Source: Candidatus Bathyarchaeia archaeon (GTDB taxonomy: Archaea > Thermoproteota > Bathyarchaeia > Bathyarchaeales > Bathycorpusculaceae). Taken from it: a stretch of DNA of 64,000 nucleotides. The notes under the pieces are model-generated. The model worked only from the letters and a program-made list of their open reading frames with translations, ran no database searches and was not told the origin of the DNA. The stretch's first letter is position 1, and every line of letters starts with the position of its first letter. The stretch is taken from assembly GCA_049516875.1 (NCBI GenBank), contig JBEKSS010000001.1, positions 192,001-256,000 on the forward strand, in the 5' to 3' direction. Below, in pieces: positions 21,237 to 30,123 of this stretch. The translations under genes and the position numbers were made by a program.

Positions 21237-21527
21237 AGCACAGGCTTATCCAAATATTTGCGTATGCTTCTTCTTCCTTCACTGCTTCATCGACTTGCAT
21301 GAACGCAAACCTAGGAGATTCTTGAATTCTGGACCTCTTGAGAATTCTGCTCCCTAAGCGTGCGGGGCCCAGAACACCAGCAAACTGCACGCCTAATGCA
21401 GAGCGGGCGCCTTGCAAACGGAAGCATCAAGTGTGTTCTTAGATTGCCTGAACCTCGGAGGCGACTGAACCTGTCAATGGGCATGCTTGTTCTGGCGTGC
21501 TTTCTAGCACCGTGTGCATAGCATCGA

Positions 21528-21800
21528 TTATTGATTCTGCTGTTGCGGAGGTGTTTGTGGTTTTGGCTTTCTTGCTCTTTCAGCGATAGTGTAGATGAGC
21601 CAGATTATCACGCCATATATGACTCCATTGAAAATTGCAACGATGAGTGTCGTCGCTGGGAGCCCTAACACCGAGTAGTCTGTGGTCGGAACTTTTAGCG
21701 AGTTGTAGATCTGTCTACCTGGGGGCAAATCCGAATATCCTAGGCTTACTGGCAGCACGAGTATGAAAACCGCAAGAAATACTATAGCCTCTCATTTCAT
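21528..21800 (-). pseudogene. Small membrane protein with disrupted 5' end (in-frame TGA at codon 3)
   Basis: RBS GAGGT then ATG AAA TGA GAG GCT ATA GTA TTT CTT..., in frame with the 21528-21758 ORF; hydrophobic N-terminus lies upstream of the called GTG. Confidence 0.5.
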
Positions 21801-22011
21801 TTTACCTCATTAATAACTTGCTAAATGCTTCATTAAAGAACAGTGGTGAGAATAAAAATCTTGTCCAAACCAAAAAGGCCAGCCATCGTAAAGAAGCGCG
21901 CTAGGTTGAAGAAGGGAAGATAAAATAGCACACCGATTAATATGATTCAGCCGCTGTTAAGTAACTTGTCACGCGCGTTACGAGGACATGCGACAGAAGT
22001 CAAAGGTGTGT

Positions 22012-22977
22012 TCACACTTGCGTCAGTTTCAGGTTGAATCTGTCTGACAGATTGTTCAGGTCGTGAAGCACGTAGATGAAGACGTAGCCTCTCCACTGGC
22101 CCCATCTGTCCTCTGCGATCTTTTTAAGCTTTTGAATTAGGTTGCGTGGCGATTCTGCCTCTTCTCCAAGGAGGAGCATGCTGAATATTTTTGTGCTCCA
22201 GACGTCCAGCGCGAACCCCGGATGGGGCGAGACTATGTCTGCGGAGTATTCGCCTATCCCCTTGAGTTCCATCAGCTTAGCTTTTGCCTCCTGAGCCGAC
22301 AGCTCTTCAAGCTCCTGCAGCGACGGAAAACCTCGTCGTATGGATTCTGCTATGCTTTTGAGAGGTTTTGCTCTGTAACCAAGCTTGCACTTTTGCTCAA
22401 GCTCTCTGACATCAGCATTCGCTATCCTTTCTGGAGAAGGCCAGTACAAGATTTCTTTTTCATCGAACCTGACTCTGTCGCCGTATTCCTTGATTAGCAA
22501 GGTCATCATTTGGTTGCTTCTCGTTATCGGGGCCATCTGTAAGGTTACCGCTAATATGAGACGTGAGAAGATGTCAGGCTGTTTCGTGTTTCTCATCCCG
22601 TACAGATCTTTCACTAACGCTCTGACGAGTGGGTCGCGCTTAGCAAGGGCGTAGAATTCTCTAATATCCTCCCTGAGACTTAGCATCCACGTTGCGGTTT
22701 TCGACAGCTCTCTTCTTTCGCTTGCTCCAAGCTCTTGGCGGGAGTACACCTCACAAGATATCGCCGGTCTCCCCACTGTTCCAGTAGACTTTAACTTCAG
22801 CCCGAACACGTCTCCAGAAGGTGTCCTCATCGCAGTCCACAACACGCCTTTCTCGAATATTTCGAAGGGTGTTAGTAACGACCACCCAGCGGGCTTGTGA
22901 ACTGTGAGCGCAAAGTCATACGGGGGAACTGCCTTAAGCCTTAGAATTGTAGAATAGGTCAAATCGTTTGAGAGCAT
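22012..22977 (-). CDS. HhH-GPD DNA glycosylase (AlkA/Ogg1-like)
   Basis: KLGYRAK, LKGIGEYSAD, LDVW, WGQWRGY; start uncertain (22977-23100). Confidence 0.85.
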   Translation of the reverse strand: MLSNDLTYSTILRLKAVPPYDFALTVHKPAGWSLLTPFEIFEKGVLWTAMRTPSGDVFGLKLKSTGTVGRPAISCEVYSRQELGASERRELSKTATWMLSLREDIREFYALAKRDPLVRALVKDLYGMRNTKQPDIFSRLILAVTLQMAPITRSNQMMTLLIKEYGDRVRFDEKEILYWPSPERIANADVRELEQKCKLGYRAKPLKSIAESIRRGFPSLQELEELSAQEAKAKLMELKGIGEYSADIVSPHPGFALDVWSTKIFSMLLLGEEAESPRNLIQKLKKIAEDRWGQWRGYVFIYVLHDLNNLSDRFNLKLTQV

Positions 22978-23132
22978 TCTCACACCCATCGCCTTTCTCA
23001 GTCTCTTCGACCGCCTCTGAAACCATTTTTTTCGAATCTTGATTCGCGCAATTATCCGAACAATCTGAACTAAACGGCTCTTGCAAATATGCCTTTGCAA
23101 GTGAACGTGATGTCAGAAAGTCAGCGCGTGCG

Positions 23133-24050
23133 TCATTGGGTTTCTCCGTACATTTGATTCGGGACTAGTATGTCTGCGAATCTGTTTCGTAATGTCAAGC
23201 GTGCGGCAAAACACAGGTGGCACGCGTCAGCATAGGTGTCGTCGTGTGGCAGATTGAACTTTTCAACTAGGGCTGCTGGACCTCCGTGAATCAGGGGTTC
23301 CAGAATTGGATTCTTGGACGGGTCGTACTCCTCAATTATCTTTGACAGCGGTTTTTGGAACGCGTTGCCTATTGAGATGCCTTGGCAAACGTGCACGTAC
23401 CCAAATGGGTCTATGTGGACTCTTTTCTGATTGACGAAGTCTTCGTACGGGCACTTTGTGAATTCGCGCCAGGGCTTTTTGCTTGCCCTTTCAGTCAGTT
23501 TTGAAGCGGCTCGACCGCGGAACATTAGCTCCCAAGGATCAACTTTTACTCCTTCAATCTGGTTTGGGCAGGGAACTTGAGCGAAAGGATCCTTAACAGC
23601 TATCACCCCTGCCTTGATTTTCAGCTTGCTCGCAGCTTTCACAGCATTTCTCACTTGTTCAGTTTCCCAGGTTTCGCCGTGATAAAGGTCGCTGCTAAAG
23701 CTAAACTCAACATTTTCGGTTTTTGCCATTGGAAGAAGCCATTCCACAGCATCTTCCACGCTGTTAGCCCAGTAACAGTTCGAAAGAACCTCTACGTGAA
23801 AACCCAGGCTTGTAGCCTCCCTGACAAGATGAACCATGATTGGATAGTACAAGAAGGGCTCCCCGCCTTCCGCCGAGACGAAGTTCACCGTTCCAAGCTT
23901 CCTAGCTTCTGTCAGAATCCCTCTTATTCGCTCAAGAGTGAACGCACCCTGCGCCTTTGGACCGCCCCAAACGAAGCAATGATCACATTCCAACCCGCAT
24001 TTATATGTCAAAATAAAGTGAACACCCTTCAAATCCAACGGAAACACCAA
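23133..24050 (-). CDS. Radical SAM protein
   Basis: CGLECDHC, GGEP, C-terminal Cys cluster (SPASM/twitch-like). Confidence 0.9.
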   Translation of the reverse strand: MVFPLDLKGVHFILTYKCGLECDHCFVWGGPKAQGAFTLERIRGILTEARKLGTVNFVSAEGGEPFLYYPIMVHLVREATSLGFHVEVLSNCYWANSVEDAVEWLLPMAKTENVEFSFSSDLYHGETWETEQVRNAVKAASKLKIKAGVIAVKDPFAQVPCPNQIEGVKVDPWELMFRGRAASKLTERASKKPWREFTKCPYEDFVNQKRVHIDPFGYVHVCQGISIGNAFQKPLSKIIEEYDPSKNPILEPLIHGGPAALVEKFNLPHDDTYADACHLCFAARLTLRNRFADILVPNQMYGETQ

Positions 24051-24285
24051 CCAAGTGTAAAGAAACCAGGATAATTAAGTTTTAGACATTCACGCGTGCT
24101 AACGCTAGGCGAGTTGGCACATCATCCGCAACTCTGTTTTTTTCTGTCGAATCGATTAAGACATATTGCGTTGCATAATCGATAAAGGGCAGAGATGCGG
24201 ACAATGATTTGCTGGTCCCATCGAAATCAGGTCAGCGAGGAGAGCGCCTTTCCTCAGAACAAGAATTCAACCGTCGCCTACATAG

Positions 24286-25131
24286 TTGATGGATAGAAAC
24301 GTCTTGAGAAACCTAATTTCAGTCTCGAGTGCACCGATTGCAAAGCTAGGAGGCAAGAAGTACTATGACCTCTCTGGCACGCTGGAGGTATTGAGAATGG
24401 TTTTTCGAGACTCGGCTGTTGATGGCTTCGAACTGCAACTTGAGCCGGAATGGGATGGTGAAAATCCGCCGCTGACGGACGCGGAACTCGCAGATTGGGC
24501 AGAAACTCCCAAGTTCACATTCAGAGAGATTCTCACTCTGCTGAGAGAGCAAAGGCTGCCAGTTTTGTCGATTCATGCAAGCAGAGATGTCGGCAACTAT
24601 CTTTGTTCCGGCCGAAAACGAGACTTGGAAAAGGGAAAGCGATTGATCAGTGATTCGTTGTCTCTTGCTGACGACTTGGAAACTGAGATTTGCGTGTTCC
24701 ACATTTGGGACACTTGGAAGACAAAATTCGACCCGAACAAATTGACGAAGGGTTTTCTTGACATTGCGTCTCAGTTCCCTAGAGTGAAGGCTTCTGTAGA
24801 GAATATTCCAACTCACCTTAAGCACTACACACCGTTTTCTTTGGTTGAACAGTTTGATTTCGTAACCCTTGATCTGAGATGGGCAGCACTCTATGATGAG
24901 CTGGACAAGTTTGAATCAGTAATCGACAAGGTTGTAAATGTTCACCTGCGAGGAAGACTGGAACAGAATACTTGGGTTCTTGATAGGTCGAGTTTCAGTT
25001 TTCAAGAGGCGCTAGATAGAATTACAAATAGATGGAGATACCAAGGGCTTCTCACAGTCGAACCTGAAGGCGGCGTAGAGAGTCCCTGCTATGACAGTTT
25101 CATCAGAGCCATGAAATCTCTTAAGAACTAA
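24286..25131 (+). CDS. Sugar phosphate isomerase/epimerase-like TIM-barrel protein
   Basis: SIHA, VFH, VEN, TLD, NVHL, TVE metal-ligand pattern. Confidence 0.75.
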   Translation: MMDRNVLRNLISVSSAPIAKLGGKKYYDLSGTLEVLRMVFRDSAVDGFELQLEPEWDGENPPLTDAELADWAETPKFTFREILTLLREQRLPVLSIHASRDVGNYLCSGRKRDLEKGKRLISDSLSLADDLETEICVFHIWDTWKTKFDPNKLTKGFLDIASQFPRVKASVENIPTHLKHYTPFSLVEQFDFVTLDLRWAALYDELDKFESVIDKVVNVHLRGRLEQNTWVLDRSSFSFQEALDRITNRWRYQGLLTVEPEGGVESPCYDSFIRAMKSLKN

Positions 25132-25265
25132 TGTGTCGCATTCTGATGCTTGCTCTTCATCCAGAACATGTTGATGGTGCCGGGGATGGGATTTGAATGA
25201 TAGACGAATGAACACGTCATCCGCAAATCCCTGTTTTTCTTTTCAGCGAAGGGCTCCACACATGG

Positions 25266-26114
25266 CTAGTGAAGCCTGTGCTGGTGCTTCCGCATGCTGT
25301 GCTTGATTCCCACGATTTCTAGGTGCCCTCCAATCCCGACTAGACCTGGAGCGTCACAGAATCTTGATTCCAGCTCAAGTATTCTTCTAAAATTCTCTGT
25401 AATTATTTCATCTCTTTCTTCTCGAGTAAACAATTGAGTTAGGATTGGTTTTCCTATTATTCGGACAGCTTCTAATCCACATGTTTCAAACAGATTCTTC
25501 AATTCCTCTGGTGTAAACGACTGGAACTTGAAGTCTCTTTTCTCAACACCTGATTTATCAAATTCTAGCAATCTTCTGATTGATTGTTCTGAGAATTTTT
25601 CTTCAATCAAACAAGGAATCAGGCCTCTATGAATCATAGCGTATTTGCTGTCTACGGAAGCAACTACGTGCGCATTTTCTTTTGCAACCCTGGCTAGTTC
25701 TCTTACGGCCTTTTCAGCATCTAGACAATAAGAGACGGGATCTCCTTCGGCTAGTGCCATGTCAAAATGGTTTGATTCGAAGCAGGACATGTCTCTTATG
25801 TCAACTATGCTCGTTTCAATCTTGTCCTGCAACTTTACCGTTCTTATTTTTTCTTCCGCCACTTTCAACATGTTTTTGGATATGTCTGTCAAAACGACTC
25901 TGTAACCGTGCTTTGCTAACCTAATGGCCCAGTAACCGGTTCCTCCGCCAGCATCTAAAATAACCGCATTTCTTCCTTTCGGAAGGAAGCGTTTTATGTT
26001 ACGCCAAGTGATCTCATGGTAAAGCCTCCAATAAGGTGTCTCATACCCTTTATCGTACTCTTCGGCTGTCCTTTCATAAAATTCTTTTACCGCGTTTGAG
26101 TCTTGAATTCTCAC
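25266..26114 (-). CDS. Class I SAM-dependent methyltransferase
   Basis: ILDAGGGTG, DIS..ML. Confidence 0.9.
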   Translation of the reverse strand: MRIQDSNAVKEFYERTAEEYDKGYETPYWRLYHEITWRNIKRFLPKGRNAVILDAGGGTGYWAIRLAKHGYRVVLTDISKNMLKVAEEKIRTVKLQDKIETSIVDIRDMSCFESNHFDMALAEGDPVSYCLDAEKAVRELARVAKENAHVVASVDSKYAMIHRGLIPCLIEEKFSEQSIRRLLEFDKSGVEKRDFKFQSFTPEELKNLFETCGLEAVRIIGKPILTQLFTREERDEIITENFRRILELESRFCDAPGLVGIGGHLEIVGIKHSMRKHQHRLH

Positions 26115-26243
26115 GAGACAAATACCACGTGGATTTGCTATTTCAATCTATTTACAAGCGCGAATGAATTCAAGCCAACCGAAAAAGTGGTCGATGTCTC
26201 CTCTTTTCTGACATGCTACGGCGCACGCTAACTTGCCTTTGGC

Positions 26244-27140
26244 TCAGGCGCTCTTCAACTTCTTACGCAGGATTTTTCTGACAATGTCCACCTGAAAGCC
26301 TAGACTTCGCAGCAAAGTAATCGAGGAAACGTTCTGTTCCGAAGTTCCCAGTCTAACCGAGCCAATTCCTTTTTCAAACAGGAAATTCATAGCTCGAACC
26401 GTAAGTGCTGACGCAAGATGCTTGTTTCGAAATTCTGGAAGCGTTGCAGCTGGACCAAGATAACCCCTCTTAAGATGCAGATACTTCACATAATCCGTGT
26501 CTGGCTTTGCCACGACAGCTGAAACAATTCTTTCGTCAACCTCAGCGACTTGAACCCAGTCTTCGCTGAACGGCGGATCGTCGGACTTCCATTTTCCAAG
26601 AACTCCAAGTTCCGTTCTTTGCCATCCGAATCCAGTGTTCATGAGAGCAACAAGTTCTTCTTCCTCTTCAGATTTTAAGTTTCGAAGTTTGATGCCTTCG
26701 GCGATCTCTGGAATTGGTTTCAGGCCGTCGAGTTTTGCGGACATTCGCAGCCAGCCAGGATTCAGTACATAGCCGCGGTTAATCCAATCGTTTATTCTTG
26801 GGCTTCCTTCTTCAATGGTTGTTGTAACAGTATCGCCCTTGGCGTTTTTCTCAACCTCGTTTACGAGCGTGTTTTCAATGATTCTTCGGTTGGGCCCTTC
26901 GTCAGCGGCGAGCCATGAGATATTCTCTTCACCGCGTTCCTCAAGGTGAGTTCCGACAAGACCTAACATGTTGCCGTTTTCTTCTGCTACGAGAATCTTG
27001 AGGTCTCGCCTTCGGATCTGGGACAGGACCCTTTCCTCGGTGTATGGGATGAACTCGTGCGAGTCTCTATATTCTTCGTTCAAAAATCTTACGATAGTTG
27101 GCAAATGTCTGCTTTCGAATTTTAGAATCTGGATGGTCAT
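26244..27140 (-). CDS. Tandem GNAT acetyltransferase
   Basis: PEFRNKHLASAL motif A, N..S..L.RSLGF. Confidence 0.85.
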   Translation of the reverse strand: MTIQILKFESRHLPTIVRFLNEEYRDSHEFIPYTEERVLSQIRRRDLKILVAEENGNMLGLVGTHLEERGEENISWLAADEGPNRRIIENTLVNEVEKNAKGDTVTTTIEEGSPRINDWINRGYVLNPGWLRMSAKLDGLKPIPEIAEGIKLRNLKSEEEEELVALMNTGFGWQRTELGVLGKWKSDDPPFSEDWVQVAEVDERIVSAVVAKPDTDYVKYLHLKRGYLGPAATLPEFRNKHLASALTVRAMNFLFEKGIGSVRLGTSEQNVSSITLLRSLGFQVDIVRKILRKKLKSA

Positions 27141-27333
27141 TTCGCCTAGAGCAGGAGTTGATAGTGGCTATAAACTTTTGGTTACTGGCAGTTGGCGCGG
27201 GGCAGGGGGTTTGCACTTGTGATTGAGCGGCAGTGTCCAGCGTCCTGTCCATCTTTTGTGCGCAGTAGTTCCAATATCAGGAAAAACAAGCTGAACTCTG
27301 GTCACGTCTGAAATCGCGATTATGCAAGCCATC

Positions 27334-27603
27334 TCATTCTTGACAAGTTATTTCCCAAATAACTCTTCCTTTGGGATCCGGGCATTCCACCTCGAAGACC
27401 TTGGGCAGCCAATCGTTCGGTTCCTCTATTTTCCTTTGTTTAGCCGGCAACATTGGGAGCAGACTGGAGAGAGCATAAATGCAAACGTGTTTGTTCTCTT
27501 CGGGGAAGCCCAGTCTCCCACCTTCGAGCCGGAAGCAGTCTCCGACTTTATGTGTGTCACAGACACCCTCGATTCTCTTAACTCTGACGATTAGAGTTTT
27601 CAT
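27334..27603 (-). CDS. TIGR04076-like small Cys protein
   Basis: GVC..HKVGD, CIYAL, CPDP. Confidence 0.75.
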   Translation of the reverse strand: MKTLIVRVKRIEGVCDTHKVGDCFRLEGGRLGFPEENKHVCIYALSSLLPMLPAKQRKIEEPNDWLPKVFEVECPDPKGRVIWEITCQE

Positions 27604-27706
27604 AATGACTGCAAAATGGATAAAAGCAGCTTCAACTTAAACGTTTCTCACACAAGCGTCGTCAACATCCTGTGGAAATCTCGTAGATGGAGCAGCAACT
27701 GTTTAT

Positions 27707-28177
27707 ATGAAGAGAATAATCGTCGATGTCGATCGATGTTCTGGATGCAGACTGTGTGAGGCAGTATGCTCGTTTGCTCATGAAAACCTGTTTGGATCTT
27801 CTGCTTCAAGGATTACGGTTGTGAAAGATGATGCTTTCGGATTCGACCTGCCGGTTATGTGTTGGCATTGTAGCCGCTGTCTTCCCATGGAAACCTGCCC
27901 CTCGAAAGCTCTGAAAAGAAACCCAGAAGGATTGATCTACGCAAGTGAAGAATGCATTGGCTGCGGAAAATGCGTAGAAACATGCCTCGTCGGAGCGATC
28001 AAGCTACATCCTGAGAGGCATACTCCTCTAATTTGCGATCAGTGCGGCGGAAAACCAATATGTGTTAGGAAATGCCCGACCAAAGCATTAACGTATTCGG
28101 AAACGAATGTGCAACGGCCCAAATTGCCAGTTAAGGTTCTTGAAGAAACATTGAGAAAGTGGAGAATAATTGCCTGA
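27707..28177 (+). CDS. 4Fe-4S dicluster protein (AOR small subunit)
   Basis: Four Fe-S Cys groups, overlaps the AOR start. Confidence 0.9.
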   Translation: MKRIIVDVDRCSGCRLCEAVCSFAHENLFGSSASRITVVKDDAFGFDLPVMCWHCSRCLPMETCPSKALKRNPEGLIYASEECIGCGKCVETCLVGAIKLHPERHTPLICDQCGGKPICVRKCPTKALTYSETNVQRPKLPVKVLEETLRKWRIIA

Positions 28178-30086
28178 GTATTTCGGTTATGCTGGAAGAG
28201 TTCTTCGAGTAGATCTCACGAGAAGCAGGATTAAGACAAAACCTACAGAAAAAATTTTGATAATGGAGTTTATCGGTGGAAGAGGCTTCAACTCTGCGAG
28301 ACTTTACAGGGAAGTCCCAGCAAACGTAGACCCTCTTTCTCCGGAAAACAAGCTCATGTTTGCAACAGGCCCGCTGGTCGGGACAGCTTTCCCTCTGGGT
28401 GCACGGTTCAACGTGAGTGCTAAATCTCCACTTACGGGGATATTGGGAGACTCAAATGCTGGAGGTCATTTTGCCGCTGAACTGAAGTTCGCTGGGTATG
28501 ATCAAATAATAATCGAGGGCAGAAGTCCGAAACCGTGCCTCATTTTCATACGCGACCAAGAAACCCAGATTCTAGATGCTGCACATCTTGTCGGAAAAGA
28601 CGTTTACGAAACGACCAGAATCATTAGAAGAGATTTGGGCAGGCAGGTTCAGGTTGCGACGGTTGGGCCGGCAGCTGAGAATGTTGTTCTTTATTCTGGA
28701 ATATTCGTCAATCTAGCAAGGCCTGCTGCCAGAACGGGCATGGGTACGGTTATGGCTTCCAAGAACTTGAAGGCGATAGCGTTAGAAGGAACGGGCAGCG
28801 TGAAGGTTGCTGATTCTGGCGCGTTCTGGAGGATTGTTGAGAAAGTTGAAGAAGAGACCTATGCTCATCCCCAGTATTGGCCTCGCAGGATAATGGGAAC
28901 AACCAGAATTCTGAGCCTCGCGGACAATCTGGGCTTTCTGCCCACGAGGCATTTCACTTCTGCCACGTTCGAGCACGCGGCTAAAGTAAGTGGCGAAAGA
29001 CTAGCAAGAGAGTACAACGTGAAAAATCGCGCCTGCTACTCGTGTATAGTCCCATGCAGCAGATTCTATGTTGTAAGGGAAGGAGATTACGCTGGCCTTT
29101 ACGGTGAAGGACCAGAGTATGAAGCGCTGAGCAGCTTCACCGCTAGAGTTGGAAACTCGAGCCTTAATCTGGCCCTGAAGGCCGTTGATTTGGCTAACAA
29201 GTTGGGTTTGGATGCGATAACGACCGCCGAGTGCATTGCTTGGGCTATGGAGCTTTACGAAAGAGGGGAATTAGACAAGAAGGAAACAGATGGTCTTGAG
29301 CTGGATTGGGGAAACGGCAAGACGATACTCGAATTGATTGAAAGAATAGCCTATCGCAAGGGATTTGGAGATTTGCTTGCTGATGGAGTTAGAAGAGCGG
29401 CGGAAAAACTTGGAAAGGGAAAGGAGATAGCCTTCCACGTGAAGGGTTTAGAACTCATACAGGCTGATCCTCGCGGTTTGAAAGGTTACGGTCTAGGATA
29501 TGCTGTCTCGAGCAGAGGAGCAGACCATCTGAGATCCGAGCCTTTCCTAGAGCTAAGCGACGACCCCGATGAAGGCATGAAGAAGTTTGGGATTGCAGAG
29601 GCAACGTTAAGGCTTGCCCACAGAGGTAAAGGCAGGCTGGTACGCTACTTCGAAGACTGGTGCGCAGTAGTAGACTCCTTGGAAATCTGCAAAAACTTGG
29701 CCGAAAACATGGAGTTGCTGCCCCTGAAGAGGGCAGCCGAGATAACGGAGGCCGTGACGGGTTTCCACTTCACAGAAGAGTCGATGTCCGAAATCGGGGA
29801 GAGGATAGTCAACCTAGAAAGAGCCTTTCTCGTTCGGCAAGGAATTACAAGAAAAGACGACTACCTGCCCCCAAGATTTCTCAATGAGCCCCTGCCCAAC
29901 GGAAATTCAAAGGGATCAGTATTCGAGTTAGAGCCTATGCTCAACGAATATTATGAGGAAAGAGGATGGGACTCCAACGGAATCCCGAAAACACGAAAAT
30001 TAAGAGAACTCCATCTCGAATATGCCATCAAAGATTTGAAAAGAACTGACGTCAAAGTCAGGAAGAAAAGGAATCTGAAGAACTGA
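28170..30086 (+). CDS. aor: Aldehyde:ferredoxin oxidoreductase family protein
   Basis: GYAGRVLRVDL, KSPLTG, SKNLKA, CYSCIVPC, EGPEYE, RGADH. Confidence 0.94.
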   Translation: MPEYFGYAGRVLRVDLTRSRIKTKPTEKILIMEFIGGRGFNSARLYREVPANVDPLSPENKLMFATGPLVGTAFPLGARFNVSAKSPLTGILGDSNAGGHFAAELKFAGYDQIIIEGRSPKPCLIFIRDQETQILDAAHLVGKDVYETTRIIRRDLGRQVQVATVGPAAENVVLYSGIFVNLARPAARTGMGTVMASKNLKAIALEGTGSVKVADSGAFWRIVEKVEEETYAHPQYWPRRIMGTTRILSLADNLGFLPTRHFTSATFEHAAKVSGERLAREYNVKNRACYSCIVPCSRFYVVREGDYAGLYGEGPEYEALSSFTARVGNSSLNLALKAVDLANKLGLDAITTAECIAWAMELYERGELDKKETDGLELDWGNGKTILELIERIAYRKGFGDLLADGVRRAAEKLGKGKEIAFHVKGLELIQADPRGLKGYGLGYAVSSRGADHLRSEPFLELSDDPDEGMKKFGIAEATLRLAHRGKGRLVRYFEDWCAVVDSLEICKNLAENMELLPLKRAAEITEAVTGFHFTEESMSEIGERIVNLERAFLVRQGITRKDDYLPPRFLNEPLPNGNSKGSVFELEPMLNEYYEERGWDSNGIPKTRKLRELHLEYAIKDLKRTDVKVRKKRNLKN

Positions 30087-30123
30087 CGTCGTTGCGCATG
30101 TGCTTTTATGTCATAGATTGAAT

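Noticed and set aside
21240-21520. Degraded coding-like sequence upstream of DUF488
   Set aside because: No family could be supported from the sequence alone.
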